Below, one piece after another: positions 23,531 to 37,200 of a stretch of 64,000 nucleotides of DNA (within the stretch, counting starts at the first letter, position 1; every line of letters starts with the position of its first letter). The DNA is taken from the NCBI GenBank assembly GCA_028023455.1, contig JAQFVV010000008.1, forward strand, positions 16,864,001 through 16,928,000, written 5' to 3'. The notes under the pieces were generated by a model. The model was not told the origin of the DNA and did not search any database. It was given only the letters and a program-made list of their open reading frames with translations. Both the position numbers and the translations under genes were made by a program. Source of the stretch: Epiperipatus broadwayi (Eukaryota; Animalia; Onychophora).

Positions 23531-24737
23531 TACAACTCGTCTACAGAAAACATTGGATTTCCACAAACCAAGAGAGCAAGCTGGAATTAAAAGTGGTTTT
23601 AGTTCAGTAGATCATATCCAGGTATTGAGAGAAGGTATAGAAAGGACAAATGAATATGAGTTGCCATTATGTATTGGATTAGTAGATTTTGAAAAGGCAT
23701 TTGATTCTATAAACATTTCTTCAGTGATTAAAGCATTGGATCATCAAGGTATAGATCCAGGATATTGTCATATTTTAAAGAATATTTATAAAAATGCAAC
23801 AGCAACAATTAGATTACATAATGATACTGAGAAAATTAACATTGAGAAGAGTGTAAGACAAGGTGACTCCATATCTCCAAAACTTTTTACAACAGTGCTG
23901 CAAGAAGTATTTTGTGGATTAAAATGGGAAACTAAAGGAATGAAAGTAAATGGAGATTATTTAAGTCATTTAGATTTTGCAGATGATGTAGGTGTTTTTG
24001 CAAATAATGCTTTAGAGTTTCAGGAAATGTTGCAGGAGTTAGCAGATGAAAGTAGGACTAAAGATAAATGTAAAAAAGACTACAGTAATGTTTAATGGAT
24101 TTCTTAAAATATGAAAATAAAGATTGATTATGATGGGTCAGATGATGTTAACAGCTATAACTATCTTAATCAGATTATTAATACAGATGAAAACACAATG
24201 GATGAAATTAATCATAGAATTAAACTTGGTTGGAGTGCTTTAAGTAGAAATAACTTGGTGCTGAAAGGAAATATGCCTATGTGTTTAAAAAGGAAGGTTT
24301 TTAATAAATATGTTTTACCATTTCTCACTATGGATCTGAGACATGAACATTTAAAAGAAGAGCAATGCAGAGACTTCAGACTACTCAAAGAAGTACAGAG
24401 AGATACATGTTGAGAGTAACAAGAAGAGATTGAAAATGCAATATATGGGTAAGAGAACAAACAGGTGTTACTGATCTTATTAAAAACATTAAAAGACCGA
24501 AGTGGAGCTGAGCTGGACATATTGCTAGAAGAGATGATAATAGATGGACAATTGAAATCTTAAACTGGATTCCAAGAGATTATAAAAGACCCAGAAAGAG
24601 ATCACATGTGAGGTGAATGGATGAAATAATAAAGTGTGCAGGAGTGGTGTGGAGAAGAGAACTAAAGATTAGAGAAGATGAACTTGGAGAGACCTTCATC
24701 CTGCAGTGGATTGATAATGGTTGTTGATGATGTTGAT
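23531..24737 (+). mobile_element. 5'-truncated RTE-clade LINE (RT C-terminal half to 3' tail)
   Basis: ORF 23496-24095 has QAGIKSGFSSVDHI, VDFEKAFDS, RQGDSISPKLF and HLDFADD. It ends ATCCTGCAGTGGATTGATAATG followed by a (TGA)-rich tail. Confidence 0.93.
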
Positions 24738-25599
24738 CTTCACTAAATCATCTAACCCTATTACACAATTAACCTATTGTGACAATAAAACCTAGAACTT
24801 AACTTTTTATTTATGGATTCACCCTTGCATGTGGTAACCATAATGAATATTAAAAATATTAATCCACAATTAAAAGTTCATAAACTAATTTTTTTTTTGT
24901 TGTAATCTATTTGCTTTTCAATAATGTGCAATTCTGAAACATTTTCAAATTCTGGCTAATTCAAATAATAATTGAATGGCAGACCAGGGAATGGGCGTCA
25001 CTATCTTGTTTAATTTCAAAAATGTCTCTGGTCTGATTTAACTTTAAGAATTATTGGCTTTGTTATAATTATACATGTATTCCAATATTAATACTAGTTT
25101 TCTGACATTATATTTATTTTTTAAGTTTACAATGTAGTTAAACCCTAAATGATTACAACTTTGGATTTTCCATGCAACATTTATGCAAACTATCATTTTT
25201 ATTCCATTTCTCAGTATTTAACAGCTTTTATAGATTGTATTGGCTGCAGAAAGGAGTTTGCTATTAACTGAAAGGAGACCCTTTGAGCAGAGCAAATCTC
25301 CTAATGTCCATTCCATATATTCTTATCATTGCAGCTATTATGATTATATGATTATTCATATACTATATGAACATGGATGGGCTGCTCACCAACATGCATT
25401 AGCCAGCATGGTGAGTTTATTGGTTTTTTACCTCTGAGTTTAAGATCAAGAAACACCATTGTCTTTCTTCTCAGTGCCTGAGAAGGCAGAAGGAATGCTT
25501 GTGTAAATAATAAATATTTTTCCAATACATATATACAATTATGACAGGCAAAAATAAAGCATGGCTCTTATTCAAAGGAGGCTGTAAAGTCACCAACTA

Positions 25600-28415
25600 A
25601 GGTAGTGGTTGGTGGCCAAAGGTGGAGGGTGCTAAGAATCCCCTGATTGTGGACCCAGGCTGTCATTTGATGACGACTTTTTATTTAGGTACTTACAACT
25701 GTGGATCACTTTCAAGTGAAGGAAGATTGCAAGAATTAGAAGAACTATCTCATATTAAGGGGGACATTATTGGACTTTGTGAAGTTAGAAGAAAAGGTGA
25801 AGAGACAATTGATTAAAAAGTGGACATATACTCTATTATAAAGGCACAAATATTAGAAATACAATTGGAGTAGGATTCATTATAAATAAAAAGTGGAAGA
25901 ACAATATTGTGGAGGTTGATAGTGTATCATACAGAGTGGCAAGATTAGTTATACAACTTAATAGCAGATACCAAATGCAGATAATTCAGGTTTATGCCCC
26001 AACATGTTCTCATAGTGATGAAGTAGTAAAAGATTTTTATATGGATGTACAAAAGGCTTTTTATCAGAGTAAACAATATTTTAAAATTGTTATGGGAGAC
26101 TTCAATGCTAGAATTAGTAAACAAATGAAAGATGAAAGTGCTGTAGGTAATTTTGGTTATGGTAATAGAAATGAGAGAGGACATAGACTTGTGGAGTTTG
26201 CAGAAAAATAAAAACTCTATATTATGAATTCTTTTTTTGAGAAAAATGTTAAAAGGAAATGGACATGGAAGCATCCAAATGAAGGTACAGCAGAATTGGA
26301 TTATATTTTGACTAACAGGAAATACATATTTCAAGATTGTAATGTTCTTAATAAATTTAACACAGGAAGTAATCATCGATTAGTAAGGTGTAAGATACAT
26401 GTTAATGTAAAACTAGAGAGACAAAAATTATTAAGAAAAACAATATTTACAGATGATATTCCTAATCTTCAGAAATATTCTAATGAATTTAAATTAGAAC
26501 TTACAAATCGGTTTCAAGTATTAGTAGATTTTGAACATGATTCAGATTTGAATGATATTAATATGAAAATAACTGATACACTTTTAGAAACTGCAATAAA
26601 GATAGCTAGTAGAAAAAAGCAGCAATTGACCAATAAAATTTCTACTGAGACTAGAGAATTTATAACGAAAAGAAAGAATATAAAGATATACAAAAATGAT
26701 GCATTAAAAAGAATTGAATATCTCGAATTTTGCAAAATGGTGCGGAAAAGAGTTGAAAATGATATGAGAAAGTATAACTGTGAACCAAGAAAAGCTGTAG
26801 AAGAGAATAAAAGTCTCAAGAATGTCAAACAACATTTTGGTATTGGCAGGAAATTTATATCTGCAATAAGAAAAAAAGATGGAATTATTATTAAAAAGAG
26901 AGATGACATCATGAAATTGATAGAAGATTTTTATCAAGAATTATATAGTAATAAAGAACAAATACCTCCTATAACTATAACATCTTCCGAATTGCTCAGA
27001 ATTTTAAATGAAAAAGTGAGACATGCAATTAAATGTATGAAGAAATGAAAGGCTCCAGGTAATGAAGCAGGTGAGGAAATAGAAAAAATTTTAGCAAAAT
27101 TATATACCAAAGGTCTAAATGATAAAGATGTACGGGATGATTGGAAGAATGCAGTAATAATATTAATATTTAAAAAATGTGATAAAGAAGATATTAGAAC
27201 TTACAGACCTATCAGCCTTTTATCAGTTTTATATAAAATTTTTACCAAGATAATTACAACTCTTCTACAGAGAACATTGGATTTCCACCAACCAAGAGAA
27301 CAAGCTGGATTTAAAAGTGGTTTTAGTACAGTAGATCATATCCAGGTATTGAGAGAAGTTATAGAAAGGTCAAATGAATATGAGTTGTCATTATGTTTTG
27401 GATTTGTAGATTATGAAAAGGCATTTGATTCTATAAACATTTCTTCAGTGATTAAAGGATTGGATCATCAGGCTATAGATCCAGGATATTGTCATATTTT
27501 AAGAATATTTCAGCAACAATTAGATTACATAATGATACTAGTAAAGTCAACATTGAGTCAGGGTGACTCCATATTTCCAAACTTTTTATAGCAGTGTTGC
27601 AAGAAGTATTTTGTGGTTAAAAATGGGAAACTAAAGGAGTGAAAGTAAATGGAGATTATTTAAGTCATTTATATTTCACAGATGATGTAGTTGTTTTTGC
27701 TAATAATGCTTTAGATCTATAGGAAATGTTGCAGTAATTATCAGATGAAATTAGGACTAAAGATAAATGTTAAAATGACTACAGTAATGTTCAATGAATT
27801 TTCTCAAAATATGAAAATAAAGATTGTTTATAATGAGTTAGAAGAAGTTAACAGTTACAAATGCCTTGGTCAGATTATTAATACAGATGGAAACATAATG
27901 AATGAAATTAATCATAGAATTAAACTTGTTTGGAGTGCTTTTGGTAGAAATAATTTGATACTAAAAGGAAATATATCTATGTGTTTGTAAAGGAAGATTT
28001 TTAATAAATGTGTTTTACCTGTTCTCACTTATGGATCTGAGACTTGGACACTTAATAGAAGCGCAATACAGACTTCAGACCACTCGAAGAAGTATGGAGA
28101 GATGCATGTTGGGAGTAACAAGGAGAGATCGAAAACGCAATATATCGGTAAGAGAACAATAAGGTGTAACTGATTTTATTGAAAAAATTAAAAGATTAAA
28201 GTGGACATATTGCTAGAAGAGATGATAATAGATGGACAATTGAAATCTTAAACTGGATTCCAAGAGATTGTAGAAGACCCAGAAACAGACCACATGTGAG
28301 ATGGATAGATGAAATAAGAAAGTGTCCAGGGGTGATGTGGAGAAGAGAAGCTAAAGATTGGAGGTGGATTAAACTTGGAGAGACCATCCTGCAGTGGATT
28401 GATAATGGTTGATGA
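25600..28415 (+). mobile_element. Near full-length degenerate RTE-clade LINE (APE endonuclease plus RT)
   Basis: Endonuclease motifs GTYNCGSL..DIIGLCEVRR, IIQVYAPT, VMGDFNA and ELDYIL; RT motifs YRPISLL, EQAGFKSGFSTVDHI and VDYEKAFDS; RTE 3' end. Several stops and frameshifts; 5' end approximate. Confidence 0.93.
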
Positions 28416-29638
28416 TAGATTGTATTGTTGACAATTTCTCAGCTTCATTAATTGATAGCATATATATTTTTCTCTTCATCACTTCCAGCAGTCTACATAA
28501 GTAAAGTTTTTTTTTTTCCCTCTGATATTATACGATCAATCTTAGGTTATGATTATTAACAAATTCTAATAACCATTACTAAAATGACAGTTCATTAAAG
28601 GTTCGTAGTGACTTGAAATTATACTTGAATGATATGTCTAGAATTCTCATTACGATGTATTATAGCATTTTCCGTAGATTTCAACAATTATTAACTTACG
28701 AGATTGTCATCAAACCAAACACTGGAAAACTTAAAAGAATTAATAATAATTATACTTGAATTTATTTACTGTTTGTAATCTCTACAGATTTTTGCGAGTA
28801 GCTAGATGTTTTAAAGAATCTATAAATGAATTTCTAAATAGACAAACTTTAATATATATGAAACAACGGAGACAATTGACTATTTACCAATTCACAATAT
28901 CAACTAATAAACTATTATTTATTTTGATTAATGATTACAGTGCTGTAAAGATTACTTTTTTAAAATTATTTTTACTCAAAATAATCTTTAAAAAAAGATC
29001 GTTTCTAAAAAATAAATTAATTTAAAAACAGGTGAAATTAGAATGTTACTTTGTGGAAGCAAATGTAAATAGTCGTGGTCATATTTTGATTTTTAAAAAA
29101 AATCATTTTTAGAAAAAAAAGTTTTAAAAAAAAGATCTATTTTTAAAAACAATGAATGTAAAATACATGGATTTATGACCGGATGAAATTCCATGTAACA
29201 GTATTAACAATCAAAGCAGATTTAAATAGATATGACTTCTACATTATTGAACCATTATATTATACGCTGCATATGTTTTAAGTAATATGTGCGTAAACAT
29301 TACCTTTGCAATAATATTGCGGTTAGAGAGTATTGTTACTCCGTGAGTAAACGTGGAGAAACAGCGCCACCCAACGGAGTTGGCTATAATCTTGGTGTAG
29401 CAGATGATGTAAACTAGATCTATTTACGGGAATCAGCGCCACCTAGGTTCTTGGTAGTGCCAGTAGCAGATGACGTGAGTTAAATGGGCTTACGCATTGC
29501 ATCACCAAGTGGGCAGTTTTGCTGCCAGCCCGCTTGTGGCAGCTTCCTATGCATATGCATGGTGAACAGCGCCATCTAGCGGCTGGAATTTGCGTCGTCT
29601 GCTTTTTGGCCTATACTCTGGATATTTCTGTGTGTTTA
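28390..29638 (+). repeat. Right arm of the inverted duplication (RTE 3' tail plus 3' flank)
   Basis: Reverse complement of 22011-23259; about 88-95% identical by eye. Confidence 0.95.
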
Positions 29639-29661
29639 CACAGAAGCAGTGCCTCTAGTGG
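29362..29661 (-). promoter_or_regulatory. Array of CTCF-like motifs (reverse orientation)
   Basis: Reverse complements CCGTTGGGTGGCGCTG (29362-77), AACCTAGGTGGCGCTG (29434-49), a partly deleted site (~29498-512), CCGCTAGATGGCGCTG (29567-82) and CCACTAGAGG-CACTG (29647-61). Confidence 0.55.
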
Positions 29662-30147
29662 CTAGAGTGCAGCTAACCAGAAAATACCCTTTACCATTTT
29701 AATTTTACTTTAATTTGAAAATTCCATTACCATTTTGTTAATGGATTTTCTTTTGTTTGATGCCACGGAATGTTAGCAGGGTTTATCACAAAAGTAAATC
29801 TCCGGAATAAAATACTAAAAAAAAAAAATAGCATATTAAAATTTATTTATTGATTTTTATAAAAGTTTCTGTCTGTACTTATATATATGTATTTCCGCAT
29901 ATCTATATATCTAGGCCCCTCCAATATTTGTAATAAAAACATTTTAAATAGAAAATTGATATTTTAATCACTTATTTGCTGGTCTAAAAATTAAATGTTT
30001 ATAAAATGGCAGACGGAAAGTTTTATAAACCTCGTAACATGCATGGATCTGGTTTGATCCTAGTCTAGCAATCTAGAAAGACATGAAGCGTGGATCTAGC
30101 CTACAGATCCATCGCTTGAATGGATTAAAACTTGAGAAACTGACCAG

Positions 30148-30372
30148 TAGTACAATAGCAGGAAAATGCAAGAAGATTCTCTACTTATATCTATGAGTTA
30201 ATTTATGGAATGCAACCAGCAAGCCGTTATTGAAATTACTGTATTAACAGTTTATTAATATTGTATTCAAAGTAATAAAACTTTTGTTACGTTTAAAATC
30301 TAAATATGTATTATTTTCCAAAAAAATTTGATGAGTGTGCAGCTGGCTTAGGTCAATCTGGCCCCTGTAGAT
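30148..30372 (+). repeat. LTR fragment of the same family as the 15884-16545 LTR
   Basis: TAGTACAATAGCAGG...TATTTTCCAAAA...ATGAGTGT...GGCCCCTGTAGATA aligns to 16335-16545. Confidence 0.65.
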
Positions 30373-31416
30373 ATTGATATGTAGTATTAAAAATATGTTA
30401 TTCATATTTAATAAGAAATTTATATAATCATTCTGAATTAATATGTAGTTTGACTGAAATTTGTTTTTATCATCTGAATCTTTTCACATTTAAATTCTTT
30501 AACAAATTTTAAATAGTATGCATTTATTGTTGCTCTGCTATTTTGCCTACAGAAAACAATCTTTCACATTTATTTTTTATTGCATAGATTTTTAAAATTG
30601 ATTATTTTTTATGGAAGCCATACAATAAGCAGTGTTCTGAGGCAATTTTTTCTGAAGTAGTTTTCTTATTAAATACAAATATGATTTTTAATATTTTGTG
30701 TTTGTCAAACACTGGATTAGAGAATAGATTTTATGTTTGAAAATAGTTATGATTTTGATTAACATGTTTTTGATTTGCTTATAAAATTGGTACAAATGAA
30801 AGCTTTCACTAGAATGAAAGTAGGTTTAGTTTACACAAAGATATCATATCTTCTAAAGTAATGCAGTAACTTGTCTAGCTTATATATAATTTGCATTGAC
30901 AGCAACAAACTACTTTTTACTACATTTTTTGAGTTTATAATGATTGATCAATGGATACTAGATAGTAGTATCAATAAAAACCTCAGACTAGTTTCTATCT
31001 ATTGTTTTTTTTATTAGAACTTACTGTGTATTATCATACTCTTATTCTATTCAAATTAATAATGACTTGAAATATTTAAAATTCTCTCAGATTTTAAAAA
31101 AGGCCAATATAATGTTTACTTGTGTAATACAGATTTAATGTAATATATATTATCATTTTGTTAAAAATGCTGAGGTTAGATTATAACTGAAATCATTAAA
31201 ATATATAGTTACTGATTGTAATGGTCTATATATCTAGATAGGTGAGTTTTAAAGCCTCTTGTTGTTTGAACAGTGTAAGTATTCTTAGCTTGAGTAAAAT
31301 AATATATATAAAAAGATAGCTTATGGATTACTGTAAGGCAGAATAATGTTTTCTATTGAGAAAGGATCAATAGCCAGTTACTATACTAAGAATAATTTCA
31401 TATCATTATCTGAGGT

Positions 31417-34400
31417 TGCTACGTCTAGCTATAATAGGATGCACTTACATGAATGCCAATAATGACTAATGGTTAATATTAAGATATATTTTAATATACG
31501 ATCCCTTAAAGCATTTAACTAATACCATATATACAATTATTTACATTATAAGGCCCAAAGGCATATACAAATAATAATTAAGATCAATATGACCTTTAAA
31601 AGTCCTATGCTGACTAATCTCACATTTGGAGGCCAGCTCTCCACATTTGAAGTCACTGTGTGAAGGAAGACATTCTGCTCCACTATATCAATCTACACAG
31701 ATCAAACTCCAAGATTAAGTGTTTCTTTTTCTTCTTCCAATTAGTACTAAAGGCAGTTCATTGTCTCTGAATCCTTGCAATTGATAGTCCTTTGCCCATC
31801 CGATCAGGTGATTCTTCCTTTCTATGTTCCATTAGAATTTTAGTATTATCTTTCTGCATTTTTAATTAATCAGTTATTTGTAGATTGTCCTTATCTTAAA
31901 AAGAAATCTAATTCGAATTTCTTAATTTGTTTCATTTGAATAATGATTTATTCTACTCTTATTAATTAGTTTATTGTTCATTTTAGAAATGAATGTTTTT
32001 CTAATCTAAAGACTATGATTTTTAATTTTTACTTGAAAAGAAAAAATCTTTTCAAGTTTTGTAATATTTTTAACTTACTACTTTTCTCTCTATAAGTTTT
32101 TACAATTATATACATCTGTATATGTACGTGCATTTAAACTTACATATACATATCATTACTTCCCCCAAGTTCAGAGATGATGTTTTAATTTTTGAACTTA
32201 ATATGAGTTATTAGAGAACATGGAATTCTTTAACTTTTTTTGTAGAATGCTGATATGTGTTATGTTTTAACTCACTAGGTTCAAACTCCTGGGATATAGT
32301 TGTTTGGGTATCATCATAATTATTTCTATGTTCCCTCAGGTCTGCTCTAATATCTGGCCACCAGTCCCAACTAAGATTTAGCACTTTTCCTCTGCTAATG
32401 TCTTGTTGACTATTCTACAGCGACTTTATTATGTGCTGCGTATCCTTGACTGGAATCAGTGTACAATCACCTTTTATAATGCAGTCTTTGTGTACTGACA
32501 GTTGTTTTTGAACATTCCACAGTTCTTTGTGAAGGAAAGTTGGATGTTGGTTTGGTCAGCCTTCATAAATCTGCTTCATAATCCATTTGTAGCCGCTGTC
32601 TTCAGCGGTCCAACGAGCTACCACTTTGTTTTTTACTCTTGCTTTTAGTATGTCTTTGTAGTTTGTTTGTTTCTTCTCCTGGTCATTCTGGATCTTCTCA
32701 GACTCTGTTCCTTCTGGAAAGGTTTTTTGTCTTTGAGTATCTCTATTTTTTTAGAGAATGATATTTTAACTCCCATTTTGCTGAACCAGTCTCGACCTAG
32801 TATAGGTTTTATGGGGGCATGTACTATGTATAGTGGTAGTACAATAATTTTGCCCTGATTCTAATGGCCTTACCATTTATCTCATGCATCTTTAGACCAA
32901 TCTTTTGTATAATGGGTCTTTTCTTAACCTTGGAAGTCACAGTATACCAATCATAGACTGACAGCAATGATATCCCGCTGCCATTGTTGATCTTTGTGGA
33001 GATAGGTTGATCACATATTTTAATTTTGACCATTATACTATCCTTCTCGATTGTTGCCATCTTTTTAATATTAGTCAAGTGCTTTTCTCGACTTTTTGTT
33101 GTATGATTACTACTATTTGTATCATTTCTGTCTATGCTGAAGTCCTTTTTTTGCATATTTTTTCCAAATGCCCTCTTTTCTTACACTTATCACAGTGCTC
33201 TCTTTTATAATAGCAATTTCTGGCTTTGTGGCTCTTTTTCCCACAGCAGAAATATATAAACTCGGTTTCACTGTTAGCACTCTTTTCATTATTTTTCAAG
33301 AAATCTTTGCTTACAGTTCTATAAACATCTGTTTGCGATTTGCTATTACTTTTGACCTTGGCAAACTTATGAGATTCTTCAATCATGAGTTCATAAGTTA
33401 TTCCATGTTTTATAGCCTCAGTGTAATCTAAATCGCTTACAGCCAACAGTTGTTGCCATAAATTGTCATTGCACATATCAGTAAGCAATTGTTCTTGGAG
33501 GGCTTCATCTAGGAAAGATCCATAGATGCAGTTTCTTTGCTAAATTATGTAGAGAACTATCATAATCTTTTATATTTTCCTCACAACCTTGGTTCCTGGC
33601 TTGGAATTTCAGTCTAGCTACATGCCTTGAGGGTTGGGGATTAAAATGGTTTGCTAAATGCTCTTTAACATGATCGTATGTACATTCTTCCAGAGTTAGC
33701 GGGTCAGTGAGCCTGTTGGCTGTCTCATAATTCCTTTATCTGCAAAGCACAATAATGAAGCAATCTTATACTTCTCATCTTTAATTTTATTGATAAATAA
33801 GTATTTCTCCATGTGTTGAATGTACAGGGGCCAACTCTTTGCCTCACTGACATCAAATTTCCCGATTGCTATTTGCATTACTTATACTTTTAGCCAATTT
33901 AACCATTATTTCCTTAATGGTCCGAATTATGACTGTGACTGTGCCAATTGCAAATATCTAGCTATGATAGGACGCACTTCCATGAGTGCCAGTAACAATG
34001 AACGGTTAATATTAAGATATATTTTAATATACGATTTTTTAAAGCATTTAACTAATAACATATATACAATTATTTACATTATAAGACTCGAAGGTATATA
34101 CAAATAATAATTAAAATCAATACGACCTTTAAAAATCCTATGCTGACTGTTCTCATGTTCGGAGATCAGCTCTCTGCACTTGAAGTTACTGTGTGAAAGA
34201 AGGCATCCTGCATCGCTATATCAGTCTACACAGATCAAACTCCAAAGATTAAGTGTCTCTTCTTCTTCTGATAAGTAGTAAAGGCAGTTTATTATCTCTG
34301 AATCCCTGCAATTGATTGGTTAGTCCTCTGCCCATCCGATCAGGTGATTCTTCCTTTCAATGTTCCATCAGAATTTTAGTATTATCTTTCTGCCTTTTTA

Positions 34401-34689
34401 ATTAATCAGTTATTTGAAGATTGTCATTATCTTAAAAAGGAATCTTAGTCGAATTCCTTAATTTGTTTCAGTTGAATAACGACTTATTCTACTCTTATTA
34501 ATTCGTCTATTGTTCATTTTAGAAATGAATCTTTTTCTAATCTAAAGACTAATTTTTAATTTCTACTTTAAAAAAATAAATCTTTTCAAGTTCTGTAATA
34601 TTTTTAACATATTACTTTTCTCTCTATAAGTTTTTATAATTCTATATATCTATATATGTATGTGCATTTAAACATACACATACATATCA
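31417..34689 (-). mobile_element. Non-autonomous Ty3/Gypsy (Mag/K02A2.6-like) element with both LTRs and TSD: gag-PR-partial IN, no RT/RH/IN core
   Basis: LTRs 31417-32155 and 33949-34689 (TG...CA; ~85% by eye). TSD GAGGT/GAAGT; PBS TGGCACAGTC 33946-33937; PPT CTTGGGGGAAGTAA 32156-32169. Knuckles CCGKKSHKARNC..CDKCKKRGHLEKIC; protease end LGRDWFSKMG; integrase N-terminal remnant ..DWWPDIRADL. Confidence 0.88.
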
Positions 34690-34923
34690 GAAGTCTTATC
34701 ATTGCTCATGCTTACAATGATGGCTTTAAGTAGAATTATATATAGATTATAATTACCAATTATAGAACTTCAAATTTTCTTTAAGAGAAATAATTTATTA
34801 TTAATAACTCATAAAAAATATAATTACATGTTATTTTATTATTGTTGCTTAGAAAACTATAAAAATGATAATGCTGTATTTATTTATTTGTATTTATTGA
34901 AATATCTTTCTTTTATTTTGCAG

Positions 34924-34997
34924 ATATTGCAAAAGTTTGTCAAACACAACATATATTGAATAACGTTCAACTTAAAGTGGAATTTTGGAAGCCAGAA
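34924..34997 (+). CDS. Short internal exon of the PARP14-like gene (end of the RRM-like domain)
   Basis: TTTTATTTTGCAG acceptor and GTAATT donor. (D)IAKVCQTQHILNNVQLKVEFWKPE completes the RRM (xxVLxxxHxLxxxxLxV). Phase 1 in and phase 0 out match both neighbouring exons. Confidence 0.7.
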
Positions 34998-36609
34998 GTA
35001 ATTTTTTTTTTTTTGCTTTATGTACATGCATATATATATATTAATTAAATCTTGTGACAATGCAGTGGTTAGCATGTAGAATCTGAAGTTTAAATTCAGA
35101 TGGGAGTTATAATTTTTTTCAGATAGTTGATGATTTCTAAAAAAGCTTAAGATTTTTTTTATGTAGCAGTCCAATTTAATGAATATCTAACTATTCTTAG
35201 TCGAGTAAATATAGAAGGAAATACATAAAAGATTTCAGTAAATAGCAATTGAGGAATATGGGGAAAATCTCTGTTTTGCACTTTTAAAACTGTTTATTAT
35301 ATATTTATCCAAATCAAAAAATTATCCAAATCAAAAAATATACATAATTTTTTGTTTATTTTTATATTATGATTAATGAATTTGTGTAAATGTTTATGGA
35401 TGATTAAGAAAGATAATGAGCATTTATTTTTTATTTTGATTTAATTTTAATATTGTGACTCACCCAATCACCACAACATCTAATGCACATTTGTACACAC
35501 AAGTGCAGAAGTAAAAAAAAAGACAATCTCATTTGACAGCAACTGAATCTATTCTTTTAATGAAGATGTATATTGCTAGATTTATAATTATAATTTAATT
35601 CACTTGTTCACCTCTGCAAAATTCAATTTATATATCATTTGTTTTTGACATAAAATCTACACTATCCATAAATATAGTACTAAATTTGTGTCTTTTAATA
35701 ATCTGTATTTGAAAATTATTTTGTGATAACTAGTTTTGTGTAATTTGAGTTTAGAAATTTTAGTTCACTCATCAAAATTAGGCATTTTCCAGAAATTTTT
35801 AAAATTATTTTTGCAACTTGATAAAATTTAATTTCATTAAAAAGTTCAAGCTATAAGACAGTTAGTTACATATTTTTTAATTTTTATAAACAAAATGATA
35901 TTTAGTCATTAAATAAAAATAAAAGAAAAAATGAAAGTATTGATTTAAAAGTTTTTTTTTTTACTTTTTCATTTTTGAAGTATTAAAAGTTAGAAATAAC
36001 TTGTATTCTACAAATGGATTCTATAAAAAAAAAATCTAATATAAAAAAATATTTGCTATGTATTTAATTGACACAATAATATAATTGCTATGTAATATGA
36101 GAAACCAAAGAAATAATCTTTATTGATTGTATATAATTATTTAATCTAAAAAATTAATACAGGGATAGCAATAACACAAGCAAGTCTTCCTTTTTATATA
36201 ATGGCTTTTTATTATTTTAAGATATTCTATAATTTTGTAGATTTTTTTGTCATTGCTATTTAATTCCTTTTTGAAGTGTAAAGTGATCAAGCAGAGTAAA
36301 TTCCTAATGTCTATTTCATATTTTTTTATTATTGCAGCTGTTTTTATTATTTGATTACTTATATAATGTACAAACATGAATGGGTTGTTCACTAATATGC
36401 ATCAGATGCATGGTGATTTATTGGAATTTTATTTCTGAATTTAAGATTAAGAAACACAGTAGTCTTTCTTTTCATTTGTCTGATAGTTTTTAACTGAAAT
36501 GTCAGTTGAATTTTCTTGGCAGAAGAAAATGTATATATAGATAGATATTTATCCTCATTTCAGATGAAAATAAATTATAGCTTTCATTCTCATAATTGTA
36601 AAATTATCA

Positions 36610-36770
36610 AAGCAATGGTTGTCATCCAAGGTGGAGGGTGCTAAGAATTCCATAATAATAGATTGAGATTGCCAATCAGTTGCAACTTTTTATTTAGGTA
36701 CATACAATTACAGATCATTTTCAAGTGACGAAAAATTGCATGAATTGGAAGAATGGTCAGATATTGAAAT
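36610..36770 (+). mobile_element. RTE LINE 5' fragment
   Basis: CCAAGGTGGAGGGTGCTAAGAAT...TTTTTATTTAGGTAC...TTTTCAAGTGA aligns to 25617-25750. Confidence 0.75.
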
Positions 36771-36779
36771 GATAAATCT

Positions 36780-37200
36780 GTGATCCAGATTTATGCTTCA
36801 CTATCCAACCACATTAGTAATCACCAAGTAGGATTCAAACCCATCCATCCAGGACCTGGGTAATCTAATGAGTCAAAACACGCAGATACACCCAACTCTT
36901 CCCAGCCTTAAATAATAAATTTGAATATGTATTTTAAGTATTAAATTTATAGAATTAATTATAGTTTAAAACCCCTAAGTAATCAAGAGTCGTGTATGTG
37001 CATTTATGTATATATAGTGGATACTTATGTGTTATGTAAATATTAATAGTATATTTGTTTTAATATTTTATTCTTTTTCTAATATTATTTAATATAAAAT
37101 GGTCATAGAAGCTGAAGCAATCAATCTGTGATTCAGATTGAGCTTCATAGTCAACATATCAACTAACCACCCACTAGGGTTCAAACATTGCATACCATCC
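36780..37200 (-). repeat. Two decayed tRNA-related SINE-like copies
   Basis: Minus strand shows GGGTTTGAATCCT / GTTTGAACCCT B-box-like motifs and a shared (G/A)TGAAGC..AATCTG.ATCACAGAT tail at ~36780-36910 and ~37100-37200. Confidence 0.4.
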
